32,000 nucleotides of DNA from Haloferax volcanii DS2. GTDB taxonomy: Archaea > Halobacteriota > Halobacteria > Halobacteriales > Haloferacaceae. The stretch is taken from NCBI RefSeq assembly GCF_000025685.1, contig NC_013968.1:1-32000 (forward strand), in the 5' to 3' direction. This document shows, piece after piece, positions 23,448 through 32,000 of the stretch (its first letter is position 1; every line of letters begins with the position of its first letter). The notes below the pieces were generated by a model, which saw only the letters and a program-made list of their open reading frames with translations, had not been told where the DNA came from and ran no database searches. The position numbers and the translations under genes are program-made.

Positions 23448-26402
23448 ATGACGCAGAATACTCAACACACGATTGACGCACAGATTCAGAAAGACCCCGG
23501 ACAAATCGTCCCACCTCGGGTCGACACGAGCATCGACATTACAGATCACCTATCGTTGAAGGACCTCAAGACGCTCGCCCCAGCTGGCGTTCTCACGACT
23601 GCTGGTGTCGGTGGGCTGTTCACCGGCAACCCAACGCTTGGTACGGTGGGCCTCGGTGCGGGAGCTGTGGCCGGCGTCGGGGCTATCGGAATGACGGTGA
23701 CGAACCGCTGGTACAACTCTCCCCGAGAGCGCGTTGCGGACTGGTATTCACACATCCGGTCAGATGACGAGAACACCGCCCTCGCGGATGTGACGGGCGT
23801 CGCCGGGATGACCGACGATGGGTTAGTCGAGATGGCCGATGGCCGCGTCGTCGGCCTTGTCCGCGTCGACCCACAGAACGCGGCGCTCCTCGATGACGGT
23901 GGGCAGAACTCGCTGGCCGCGTCCCTGTCGTCGGCTATCGACGAACAAGTCCGTGATATTCCGTTCCGCATCTACTCGACGACGCGCGACGAGAAACCGG
24001 GGACGGTCGTCGCACAGCGATATGAGGAACGGGCGCTCGACCCCACAACTGATGTGGACCAGTCCGATGTTCTGCTTGGGACCGCTGACTGGCTGACTGA
24101 TGGCGACATTCCGAACTGGAACGCTCGCGAGTGGAAGCACTACGTCGCGGTCGATGCGGCTCCGAGTGACGCCCTCGGGCCGACCGACGAATCGCTGTGG
24201 GACATAGCGAACCCACTCGTTGACACGGGCGTCGAGACAGTGTCTGACGAGCAGGTCTGGAAGAAGACAAACAAGAGAGTGCAGACAGTCGTCGACGCGA
24301 TCAACTCTGTCGGAGAACTCGAAGCAGAGCGCGTTGAGGCCGCCGAAGCCCTATCTATGGCCCGAAACTACTGGGGTCGAACCGATGAGGTCGGTGGTCC
24401 TCTCGCTGGTGATGTGCTCGCTGGTGAAACGGAGGCAGGGCACGTGGTCAACCCCGAGACGTTCGACGAACAGCGCGGGTGGGTCGACCTCGGTGACGAG
24501 TTCGCCCGGACACTCTGGATAGCCGAATATCCAACTGAGACGGAGTCCATGTGGCTCTCGCGGCTGACGAGTATCCGAGGAATCAACGTGGACCTCTGTG
24601 TCAACGCCGACCCAGTCGACAAGGATGCTGCGATTCATGAGTTGTCGCAGAAAATCGCTGACGTAGGCTCCGAGGGGATGGATCGGCAGGAGGACGGTGA
24701 CGTCACCACAATGGACGTTGACGACGCGAACGACGCGAACGTCAAGATGCGGAAGCTACTGCGAGACACCCCAAGTCAGCCGTGGGACGTGTCGACTTAC
24801 GTGGTCGTGCGGGCTGACAACGAGGCCGCGCTGAACACGGCTGACGAGACGCTGTCTGCTGTCGAGTCGTTCGATGGCGCGAAGCACGCAGCGCTTGATG
24901 AAGCCGAACAAGACGTGCGTGACCTGCTGACGACGACGCCCGCGAACGTCACGCCTATCGCACCATCACTCGTCCAAGGCACGCTCCTGCGCTCTGCGTC
25001 GCCGCTGACAACTGATGTCTGGAACGACGAAACGCCCGCCGACAAGTCGCGACGAGTGCCGGGCGCTGTCATCGGGTCGATGTTCCCGTTCTGTGGTGTG
25101 TCGATCCAAGAGGAATCGGGAATGGACTGGGGCCGGAACGAACAAAACGGGTCGCTGCTCCGTCTGTCGCCGTTCGAACGCGGCGGTGCGCCGCATCAGC
25201 TCACCATCGGGCAGACGCGAGCGGGCAAGACCTACTCAGCGTCGAAAGCGGCGATGCGATGGTGGTTGGAGCGTGACGGCCGGACGCTCATCACTATCGA
25301 CACTCAGCAGGGATTTGACGGCGTCACGCGACTCTGCAATGGGAAACATATCGAGGTTGACGCGAGTCAGTCGGTCAACCCGCTCCGCATCACAGCGCCG
25401 TCTGACGACCCGCAGGACTGCGCCCGCGAGTTCAGAATGACCGTCGAGGAGACGGTCGCGTTCTTGACTAACCTGCTCCGGTCGGATGGCGTCGACAACG
25501 CTGACGAGTTCGCGCCAATACTCTCACAGGCCGCCGAGTCGACGTTGTCCCGCGCTGGCATCGATGCACACCAACCCGAGACGTTCAATAACGGCAATCC
25601 CAACCTCTCAGACTTCATCGACACGCTCATCGACATGAACGAGTCGCCGGAGAAGTACACCTGGAGCGACGACGGCCATGAGGTCGAGTCACACAAAACG
25701 CAGGTCGGCGAACTCCTGACGAAATTGCGGTCGTTCCAAGAAGGCGGCAAGTACGAGGCGCTGGTCGGGGAGGATGAGATAGACATTGTCAGCGATGATG
25801 TAGAAATGGCGTACCTTGACCTGCACTCGCTGTCAGGGTCCGACGACGCCGAAAAGAGCGCGATGTTGATGCTGATGCTCTCACAGGTCCGCAAGAAAAT
25901 CAAAACCGCACCCGGTGAGACGGTGCTGATGCTCGACGAGGCCCACGTCCTACTCGACAACCCACGCACGGCAAACTGGTTGCAGAAGGCCGCTCGCGAG
26001 TTCGCTCGCTACGATGCAAGTCTGTGGTTCCTCTCACAATCCCCGAAAGACTTTGTCTCGGCTGACTCGGAGACAGACGCTCGTGACACGATTCGCGGGC
26101 AATGCGGGATGGTTCACATCTTCCGAACACCTGCCGTCGACGACGATGTTCTCGCAGAGTTCGGTCTGAACCAGACCCAACGCGAGTTCGTTCGCGAGAA
26201 AGCCGTCCGTGGCAAATCCGGACGTGGATACTCAGAGTGTCTAATTTACGCTGAGGACATTGCCGGGTGGATTCCGACCTACGTCGAAACATCACCCGCT
26301 GAGGACGCGGTGTTATCATGGTCGCGTGACGATGGCGACGAGGCGCTCGCGGATGACCAAGGACAAGACCGAACGGTCGCCGCTGCGGGAGGTGACGATT
26401 GA
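23448..26402 (+). CDS. VirB4/TrbE-like transfer ATPase with an N-terminal VirB3-like membrane hairpin (984 aa)
   Basis: The N-terminal hydrophobic pair is 'APAGVLTTAGVGGLFTG..TVGLGAGAVAGVGAIGMTV'. Walker A is 'GQTRAGKT', Walker B is 'VLMLDEAHVLL', followed by 'LWFLSQSPKDF'. Confidence 0.75.
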   Translation: MTQNTQHTIDAQIQKDPGQIVPPRVDTSIDITDHLSLKDLKTLAPAGVLTTAGVGGLFTGNPTLGTVGLGAGAVAGVGAIGMTVTNRWYNSPRERVADWYSHIRSDDENTALADVTGVAGMTDDGLVEMADGRVVGLVRVDPQNAALLDDGGQNSLAASLSSAIDEQVRDIPFRIYSTTRDEKPGTVVAQRYEERALDPTTDVDQSDVLLGTADWLTDGDIPNWNAREWKHYVAVDAAPSDALGPTDESLWDIANPLVDTGVETVSDEQVWKKTNKRVQTVVDAINSVGELEAERVEAAEALSMARNYWGRTDEVGGPLAGDVLAGETEAGHVVNPETFDEQRGWVDLGDEFARTLWIAEYPTETESMWLSRLTSIRGINVDLCVNADPVDKDAAIHELSQKIADVGSEGMDRQEDGDVTTMDVDDANDANVKMRKLLRDTPSQPWDVSTYVVVRADNEAALNTADETLSAVESFDGAKHAALDEAEQDVRDLLTTTPANVTPIAPSLVQGTLLRSASPLTTDVWNDETPADKSRRVPGAVIGSMFPFCGVSIQEESGMDWGRNEQNGSLLRLSPFERGGAPHQLTIGQTRAGKTYSASKAAMRWWLERDGRTLITIDTQQGFDGVTRLCNGKHIEVDASQSVNPLRITAPSDDPQDCAREFRMTVEETVAFLTNLLRSDGVDNADEFAPILSQAAESTLSRAGIDAHQPETFNNGNPNLSDFIDTLIDMNESPEKYTWSDDGHEVESHKTQVGELLTKLRSFQEGGKYEALVGEDEIDIVSDDVEMAYLDLHSLSGSDDAEKSAMLMLMLSQVRKKIKTAPGETVLMLDEAHVLLDNPRTANWLQKAAREFARYDASLWFLSQSPKDFVSADSETDARDTIRGQCGMVHIFRTPAVDDDVLAEFGLNQTQREFVREKAVRGKSGRGYSECLIYAEDIAGWIPTYVETSPAEDAVLSWSRDDGDEALADDQGQDRTVAAAGGDD

Positions 26403-29400
26403 TGGGCCTGCTCGACTCGCTTCGCGGGACGGAACAACGTGAGGAAGCAGGGTACGACGCGGTGGAGATAGATGCCGACCTCGCTACCTCGCTGACAAGT
26501 CCAGGCGAACGCGACGCTATCAGCGTGCGCCCGAACAAGGACAATGGCGGGATTGAGGCGATGACGAACGTCCTCGAATCGCTGCATTCGGTGGAGACAG
26601 ACTCACCCCGGTTGTCGCGGTCAGTCCAGAACGTCTCACCAGCTCATTCGTTCGAGATGCGATACACGCGCGAGCAGGGTGGCGGCGACCGCGTCGTGAC
26701 GATGCAGTACGTCGCAGGCGACGACCGTACCGATGGAACGCTCAAGCGTCAGTTGCAGACGCAGTATCCCGACTCCCAGCTTGACCGTGTCTCGTCCGAA
26801 GTCATCCCGGAGTGCGGCGTCGACGGTCGCTACATCGCGGGTGCGACGCTCCAACTTCGTCGGTACACGCTGTATCCCATCAAAAACCTCGACCTACCGG
26901 GGTTCTCGACGGACCCGACGGGGGCGATCCTGGAGGAGATGGTCGGCACGCAAGACGAATCCGAGACGGACGCCGACGTCGTCGTGCAGGTGATGTTCAA
27001 GCCCGCTCGTCGGACGTGGACCGAAGGCGTCGACGGCGGCCACGGACTCGTCGACGACGATGACGAGGCGGTGAACGGCACGCCGGGAATCAAGACGCTC
27101 GCGATGAACCTGCGACAGCCGACGTACAAGAAAGAGCGCCGCTTGTTTACTCGTGAGACTGTCGAGTATCCCCCCTCGAAGGTCGACAAGTCGGTCGCCT
27201 CCCTGCTCGAAGAACAGCAGGGAGAGAAGGGGTGGCGACTCTGCCTGCGCGTGTTTGCCATCAGCGACGACCCTTCCGTCGCCATCTCGCGGGCGTCGAC
27301 GACCGCTGGAATGTTTCGCAATTTCTACGAGAGCAACAGCGAACAAACCTTCGTACCGGACCCGCTCGACGAGGGTGAAGTTCGAGAGACTGCGTTGCGG
27401 GCAGCTGACCGGGAGTGGATCAACCACGGGATTGTGAAAGCACAGCGTGAGGTGGCCGGTCTGCTGAACATCCCCGAATCGCAGTACGTCACGACGAACA
27501 AGATGCGCTGGTCGATGAGTCGACCGGGCGAGGGCGTCCCGCCGGGAACGCCTCGGTTCGACTTTGCCGAACACAACGTCGCAGGCGCGTCGCACGAGGA
27601 GGAGCAAGTCGCCATGCTTGACGAGTCTGGTCGTGGCGACCCCTTCTGGTACGGGTTCGGGAGTCGGCACGGCGTCGAAGTCGGCATCGAACCGGACGTG
27701 CTGAATGTCCACCAGTTCGTCGGTGGCGGGACCGGGAAGGGTAAGACGACGTATCTGACCAACCTGTCGAGTCAAATTATGGAACGCGGCCACGGGGCGA
27801 TGATTTTTGACCCGAAGGGGAAGGACGCTGACGAGTTCATCCGCGAATGGCCCGAGGACCGTGACCGCGAGGACTTCGTGTTCGTCGACCTCACAGACGA
27901 GTACGAGAACAAGGTCCGGTTCAACTTCCTCGAAGTGCCGGGGGACGTCGAACCGGGCACGCGAAAGTTCGCGTCGACGGTCGAAGCGCTCTGTGACGAC
28001 CTGACGGCGATGATTAGTCAGGCGGGCGGTGACGACAACTACTGGGGTGCGCTGATGGACCGCGTCGCTCGGACACTCATCCGGGGGATGGCGAAGTCGG
28101 GACGGACCTGCACCCTGCTCGACCTCGCGTGCGTCTGCACCAACCCGGACAACCGCGACAAATTCGCTGAGTGGATGAGCGAGGAGCGGATGCACTTCAT
28201 CGAGGACGCCGCCGAGCGGATTCGGGAGAAAGAGGACAGCGACCTCGAACCGCTCGCGGGCCGTCTCGACCAATGGGTCCAGAACGACGCCATCCGTGAC
28301 CTCATCGCCGCTCGCGAGTCGACCGTTAGCATCAGCGAGGTCGTGCGCGACGGGAAGGTCGTCGTCGTTCGGAACGCGCCGTCAAGCGGTGAGACGGAAA
28401 AGCGACTGTTCGCGACGGCACTCATCCGTCGGGCGTGGGTCGCCGCTCGCGAGAACCGCGACTCGCCGCCGTTCTACGTCGTGCTTGACGAGTTCGACAG
28501 TATCGTCTCAGAACAGTCGGACATCCACAGCATCCTGTCGGAAGCACGCGCGTTCGACTTCTGCCTGACGCTGTCGTGTCAGAACCCGTCGAACCAACTC
28601 CCCGAGCAGGTCCAGAAGGCCGTCGAGAACCAATGTGAGACGTTCATCTCGTTCAACCCCGGTGGGAAGGACGACGCGCGTCTCATCGCCGCTCAACACT
28701 CGCCCGAAGTGTCCTGGGAGGACCTGACGAACCTGAGCAAGTACAAGTTCTTCATGCGAACCCACGACGACACCGACACGCTGACCCACTCGTACAAAGT
28801 CGATGCGTTCCCGCCAGTCGGGGAAGTACGTCGCGAGGTCAACGGTGTGGCCGGGATGACCGACGCGGAACTTGACACGCTGAAACGCGAGTCCGTCGAG
28901 CGCTACGGCGAACCGATGGAGAGTGCTGAACAGCAGAAGCGTCAGTCCCACTTCTACGACCTCGGGGGCGTCGGACCAGACGGCCACGACGGTGGCAACC
29001 TCGAACTCACCGATGAGCGTGCAACCAAACTACTCGCGGCGCTGTTTCGCCTGCGTGTCTCTCAGGACCTCGATGACGGCGAACCTATCCAGATGGTCGA
29101 CGCGAAAGAGGCAGTCCGTGAGCGCGTCGACGTTGACGGCCAGCACGTCGATACGCTCATCCAACGGGCGAACTCTCGCGACCTCGTCAACGTGTCGAAC
29201 GACGCGATGACCATCGACCTCGCACCTGCCGGACGGGAACAACTGTTCTCGTCGGGGCAGTCGGGCAATGCGGGTTCGATTGCTCATCAGGCGGCGATGG
29301 AACCAATTGCCCACGACCTCGCGGAGATGGGCTACCACGTTCGTGTCCCCGAGCAGACGGGTGACGAGATGCCCGACCTGTTTGCCGAGTGCCCGGTCGA

Positions 29401-30316
29401 CACGGGCGGCGAGACGTTCGAGGAAGCAATGGCGAATCGCGACCGGCTGAAAGAGCAGTACCCCGACGTGTTCGCGCTGAGTAAGGAGCGTGATGTTGCT
29501 GTCGAGTTCGAGAAGGCGACGCGGTCGGCTCCGGCGCAGATAGGGCACAACCTTCGGAAAGCCGTCGAGTCGGGCGACCATTGCCTGTTCATCGTGAATC
29601 AGTCTGACGACGATGGCGAGCGCTTCGCTGATGCCGCGCGACAGCTCTCGGAGAAACTGGCCGACCCGATGCTGACGTACACCGAACGGCGGACACCGAA
29701 CGACGTCGAGGCCCGCTATCACCACCGCGACGACAAGTGTCCGGCAGTCCACCAGGAAGGCGCTGAGGCCCCGAGTAAGTTCGTCGCCATTCCCGGTGAC
29801 GTGACCTACCAATGGGTTCTCGATGGAGACCTCGTAGTGCTGCGAGATTCGGATGGGACCGAGTACACACAGTTTGCTGACGTTGACGCGTGGACATCGC
29901 GGTCAGCGACCGATTGGCCCGCTCGATACCGCGTTGGCGATGACGGCCACGTCACGGTCAGCGGTGACTCGCTCGACGAATACGAGTCAGTCGACGCGCT
30001 CCGAGAGGACTACACACTCGTCTCCGCTCCGTACATCCCCGAGATGGAGTTCGCGGGTGCTATCGACGAACTGGGCGCACTCCCGACGCGCGACGAGTGG
30101 ACTATCGCAGTCCTGCCGAACGACAATATCGGTCTGCAACGGTACGACCGAGTCGACGACACCTGTTACCCGCTTGTCGAGGGTATTGAGGACCGTAGAG
30201 ACAGGTCCCGCGACGAAAACCCCCACACCGAAGGCGGGGAAGACACCGGTCCAGATGCGGTGCAACCTGACGACGGCGACGACAGCGACGGCCTCTGGTC
30301 CGACTCGCTGCTCTGA
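26402..30316 (+). CDS. VirD4/TraG/TraD-like (FtsK-HerA superfamily) ATPase fused to a winged-helix and nuclease-like C-terminal region (1304 aa)
   Basis: The ATG at 26402 overlaps the upstream TGA. Walker A is 'GGGTGKGKTT', with 'MIFDPKGKD'. Walker B is 'FYVVLDEFDS', with 'FCLTLSCQNPSQL'. The C-terminus has 'LTDERATKLL..IDLAPAGREQL' (wHTH-like) and 'GSIAHQ..MGYHVRV..MPDLFAE..VAVEFEK' (endonuclease-like). I saw no N-terminal membrane helix. Confidence 0.7.
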   Translation: MGLLDSLRGTEQREEAGYDAVEIDADLATSLTSPGERDAISVRPNKDNGGIEAMTNVLESLHSVETDSPRLSRSVQNVSPAHSFEMRYTREQGGGDRVVTMQYVAGDDRTDGTLKRQLQTQYPDSQLDRVSSEVIPECGVDGRYIAGATLQLRRYTLYPIKNLDLPGFSTDPTGAILEEMVGTQDESETDADVVVQVMFKPARRTWTEGVDGGHGLVDDDDEAVNGTPGIKTLAMNLRQPTYKKERRLFTRETVEYPPSKVDKSVASLLEEQQGEKGWRLCLRVFAISDDPSVAISRASTTAGMFRNFYESNSEQTFVPDPLDEGEVRETALRAADREWINHGIVKAQREVAGLLNIPESQYVTTNKMRWSMSRPGEGVPPGTPRFDFAEHNVAGASHEEEQVAMLDESGRGDPFWYGFGSRHGVEVGIEPDVLNVHQFVGGGTGKGKTTYLTNLSSQIMERGHGAMIFDPKGKDADEFIREWPEDRDREDFVFVDLTDEYENKVRFNFLEVPGDVEPGTRKFASTVEALCDDLTAMISQAGGDDNYWGALMDRVARTLIRGMAKSGRTCTLLDLACVCTNPDNRDKFAEWMSEERMHFIEDAAERIREKEDSDLEPLAGRLDQWVQNDAIRDLIAARESTVSISEVVRDGKVVVVRNAPSSGETEKRLFATALIRRAWVAARENRDSPPFYVVLDEFDSIVSEQSDIHSILSEARAFDFCLTLSCQNPSNQLPEQVQKAVENQCETFISFNPGGKDDARLIAAQHSPEVSWEDLTNLSKYKFFMRTHDDTDTLTHSYKVDAFPPVGEVRREVNGVAGMTDAELDTLKRESVERYGEPMESAEQQKRQSHFYDLGGVGPDGHDGGNLELTDERATKLLAALFRLRVSQDLDDGEPIQMVDAKEAVRERVDVDGQHVDTLIQRANSRDLVNVSNDAMTIDLAPAGREQLFSSGQSGNAGSIAHQAAMEPIAHDLAEMGYHVRVPEQTGDEMPDLFAECPVDTGGETFEEAMANRDRLKEQYPDVFALSKERDVAVEFEKATRSAPAQIGHNLRKAVESGDHCLFIVNQSDDDGERFADAARQLSEKLADPMLTYTERRTPNDVEARYHHRDDKCPAVHQEGAEAPSKFVAIPGDVTYQWVLDGDLVVLRDSDGTEYTQFADVDAWTSRSATDWPARYRVGDDGHVTVSGDSLDEYESVDALREDYTLVSAPYIPEMEFAGAIDELGALPTRDEWTIAVLPNDNIGLQRYDRVDDTCYPLVEGIEDRRDRSRDENPHTEGGEDTGPDAVQPDDGDDSDGLWSDSLL

Positions 30317-30391
30317 TTCACAGTGCCGCTACAACTGTACTCTTTTGAGGAAGTCGGTACGGACAATCCACAGTCAGAAGCCATAAGTGAG

Positions 30392-30440
30392 TCAGGGGAT
30401 TCTGTCGGAATGCGCGTCTGCTGCCATCACAATTAGCATT
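30392..30440 (-). pseudogene. Decayed copy of the cassette start (GTGATGGCAGCAGAC followed by a stop after 11 codons)
   Basis: The minus strand reads AATTGTGATGGCAGCAGACGCGCATTCCGACAGAATCCCCTGA. The conserved start motif is present, but the upstream promoter part and the gene body are missing. Confidence 0.5.
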
Positions 30441-30713
30441 CGCGCAAAGGGCCTAGGCCCCTTTGATACTGACCCCTGAGCGATAGGTTCTGTTGACCCC
30501 CAGACGCTGATGGTGTGGAGATACTGAGTCACTGGCTTAACCAGTGGTTCAAGACGAACTGAACGCTCATCAGTCTACTTACCGTGCGACTGAGACTAGC
30601 TATGGAATTACCAATATATGTCATACACTTGCCTACAACGGCTTTCCAAACACGCTCGTCTTAGGGCGTAACCGAGCGGGAGATATACTCCACGAGCGGC
30701 TCATCAAGATAAT

Positions 30714-32000
30714 CAGCACATCACAAAGCCGGTTAGTTGAGACGTCTGCTTGCTGGAGATGTGTCCAAACAACAGCAGCAAGCAGACAGTGAAATTCACG
30801 AGGACCAGCTCCTTAACTTCCTCGTCAACTCCCTTGACGAGGAAGTTGCTCTCTCACTCGCTGAAAACGCTGAACTCGATGCTGAAGACATCTACGAGGT
30901 CCTCGTCGGCGCCTGCGCCGACGGGACCTCGGTCTCAACGCTCTGTGAGAGAAGCGAAGATGCACCACACGAAAACTCGGTTCTCTACCATCTCCGCACC
31001 AAATTTGACCTTGAGACGCTCGAACAGGTTGGAAACACGCTCCTCCAGAAGGACGTTCTCGACGTCCTTCCCCAGCAGGTGGAGGTCGTTTCGGACCTCC
31101 ACCTGCGGCCCTACTACGGCGACGAAGACGATACAGACGGCCTGTATCACTCACAAGCGAAGCGTGGAACCACCGCGTTCCACGCGTACGCGACACTCTA
31201 CGCGCGTGTGAAGAACAAACGCTACACGCTGGCGGTGCGCCGTCTCGAAGACGGCGACACCGCCAGCAGCGTCCTCGCAGAGTTTCTTGGTATTCTCGAC
31301 GGCCTTGACCTCGGTGTCAAGGCCGTCTATCTTGACCGCGAATTCTACGACAGCAAGTGTTTGACGCTGCTTCAGGCGCACAACCACGCGTACGTCATGC
31401 CGATCGTCCGCTGGGGACGGACGATCAAGCGAGAACTCTCGGAAGGGTGGAGTCGCGTGATTCAGCACGACCTGACGGCGAAACTCGACGGTCACAGCTG
31501 GACCGTCGAGTTTCCCGTCTACATCGACTGTACCTACCTGAACGGGCGGTACGACGAGCATGGGGTGGCGCGTCACGGCTACGCCGCTGACGCGCCTTTC
31601 ATCGACTCACCGCGAGACGCTCGATACCACTACGCGAAACGCTTCGGTATCGAAGCGAGCTACCGACTCTCCGAGCAAACGATTGCGACGACTACGACAC
31701 AGAATCCGGTCGTACGGCTGTTGTACGTCGTGGTGAGTTTGCTGTTACAGAACGTCTGGCGGTATCTGCACTGGGAGTACGTGGCGACGCCCCGCCGAGG
31801 CGGGCGTCGCCTCTGGCAGTGGTCGTTCAAGGAGTTCATCAACATGATTCGACGGGCAGCGTGGACGGTCCTCGCGGTGCGTCGGGCCGTCCCCGCGAAC
31901 CGGCCACCAGACGACCGGTTTAGCCGGTAACTCTTGACCGGGCTAGCCAGCGGTGTGAGTGGCGACGCTGTCGCGTCAGCGGCTGACCGCCGCCGACAGC
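30714..32000 (+). mobile_element. ISH3-family-like insertion sequence, copy 3 (diverged; right end lies beyond the window)
   Basis: The left IR CAGCACATCACAAAGCC starts at 30714. A 1401-bp element would end near 32114. Confidence 0.9.
30737..31930 (+). CDS. DDE transposase (ISH3-family-like, 397 aa), diverged copy
   Basis: Same length as copies 1 and 2, with about 15 amino-acid substitutions. Confidence 0.9.
   Translation: MRRLLAGDVSKQQQQADSEIHEDQLLNFLVNSLDEEVALSLAENAELDAEDIYEVLVGACADGTSVSTLCERSEDAPHENSVLYHLRTKFDLETLEQVGNTLLQKDVLDVLPQQVEVVSDLHLRPYYGDEDDTDGLYHSQAKRGTTAFHAYATLYARVKNKRYTLAVRRLEDGDTASSVLAEFLGILDGLDLGVKAVYLDREFYDSKCLTLLQAHNHAYVMPIVRWGRTIKRELSEGWSRVIQHDLTAKLDGHSWTVEFPVYIDCTYLNGRYDEHGVARHGYAADAPFIDSPRDARYHYAKRFGIEASYRLSEQTIATTTTQNPVVRLLYVVVSLLLQNVWRYLHWEYVATPRRGGRRLWQWSFKEFINMIRRAAWTVLAVRRAVPANRPPDDRFSR

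Noticed and set aside
26894-28273. 459-aa antisense ORF inside the VirD4-like gene, and similar antisense ORFs at 25367-26544, 29030-29812 and 23546-24270
   Set aside because: They are long open frames opposite strongly supported ATPase genes. They are Arg/Val/Pro-rich with no motifs, an expected artefact of GC-rich codon usage.
30544-30792. 82-aa ORF upstream of and running into IS copy 3
   Set aside because: It crosses the IS terminal repeat at 30714, has a non-acidic composition and is probably non-coding flank. The minus-strand reading of 30620-30713 gives only a short open stretch with no motif.
1-32000. Search for CRISPR arrays, tRNA/rRNA genes and integrase/att sites
   Set aside because: I saw no regularly spaced direct repeats with unique spacers, no cloverleaf-compatible or rRNA-like segments, and no tyrosine-recombinase ORF. 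This was an inspection by eye, so small ncRNAs cannot be excluded.

Overview
High-GC sequence with strongly acidic predicted proteins, an Orc1/Cdc6 initiator and several ISH-type insertion sequences. This is almost certainly a segment of a haloarchaeal (class Halobacteria) plasmid or megaplasmid. I saw no rRNA, tRNA or CRISPR array.

Contents, in order:
(1) An orc1/cdc6 gene with an adjacent origin-like region.
(2) A low-GC island encoding a Tat-secreted, eqolisin-like protein.
(3) Three copies of a 1401-bp ISH3-like IS. Copies 1 and 2 encode identical transposases and lie in inverted orientation. Swapped 5-bp target-site duplications and two reconstitutable split genes indicate they recombined and inverted the 10.5 kb between them.
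(4) A hicAB module, and an RHH-PIN toxin-antitoxin module whose PIN gene is cleanly split by an IS4/ISH8-like element with a 10-bp duplication.
(5) A parA-type partition module flanked by inverted 19-mers, next to an array rich in GAATC/GATTC.
(6) A block of unrelated small acidic genes, each fronted by the same promoter/start cassette ending in GTGATGGCAG (7 intact copies, 1 decayed, 1 divergent).
(7) A second low-GC island holding gene fragments and a two-gene module of unknown function.
(8) A co-directional four-gene operon: a VirB2-like pilin candidate, a VirB6-like polytopic membrane protein, a VirB3/VirB4-like ATPase, and a VirD4/TraG-like ATPase fused to a winged-helix and nuclease-like C-terminus.

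The operon in (8) is my best candidate for an undescribed system, namely a haloarchaeal conjugation or DNA-transfer apparatus with no recognisable relaxase. The cassette-driven small-gene block in (6) may be its establishment region.

All functional calls come from motifs read by eye. No database search was run.
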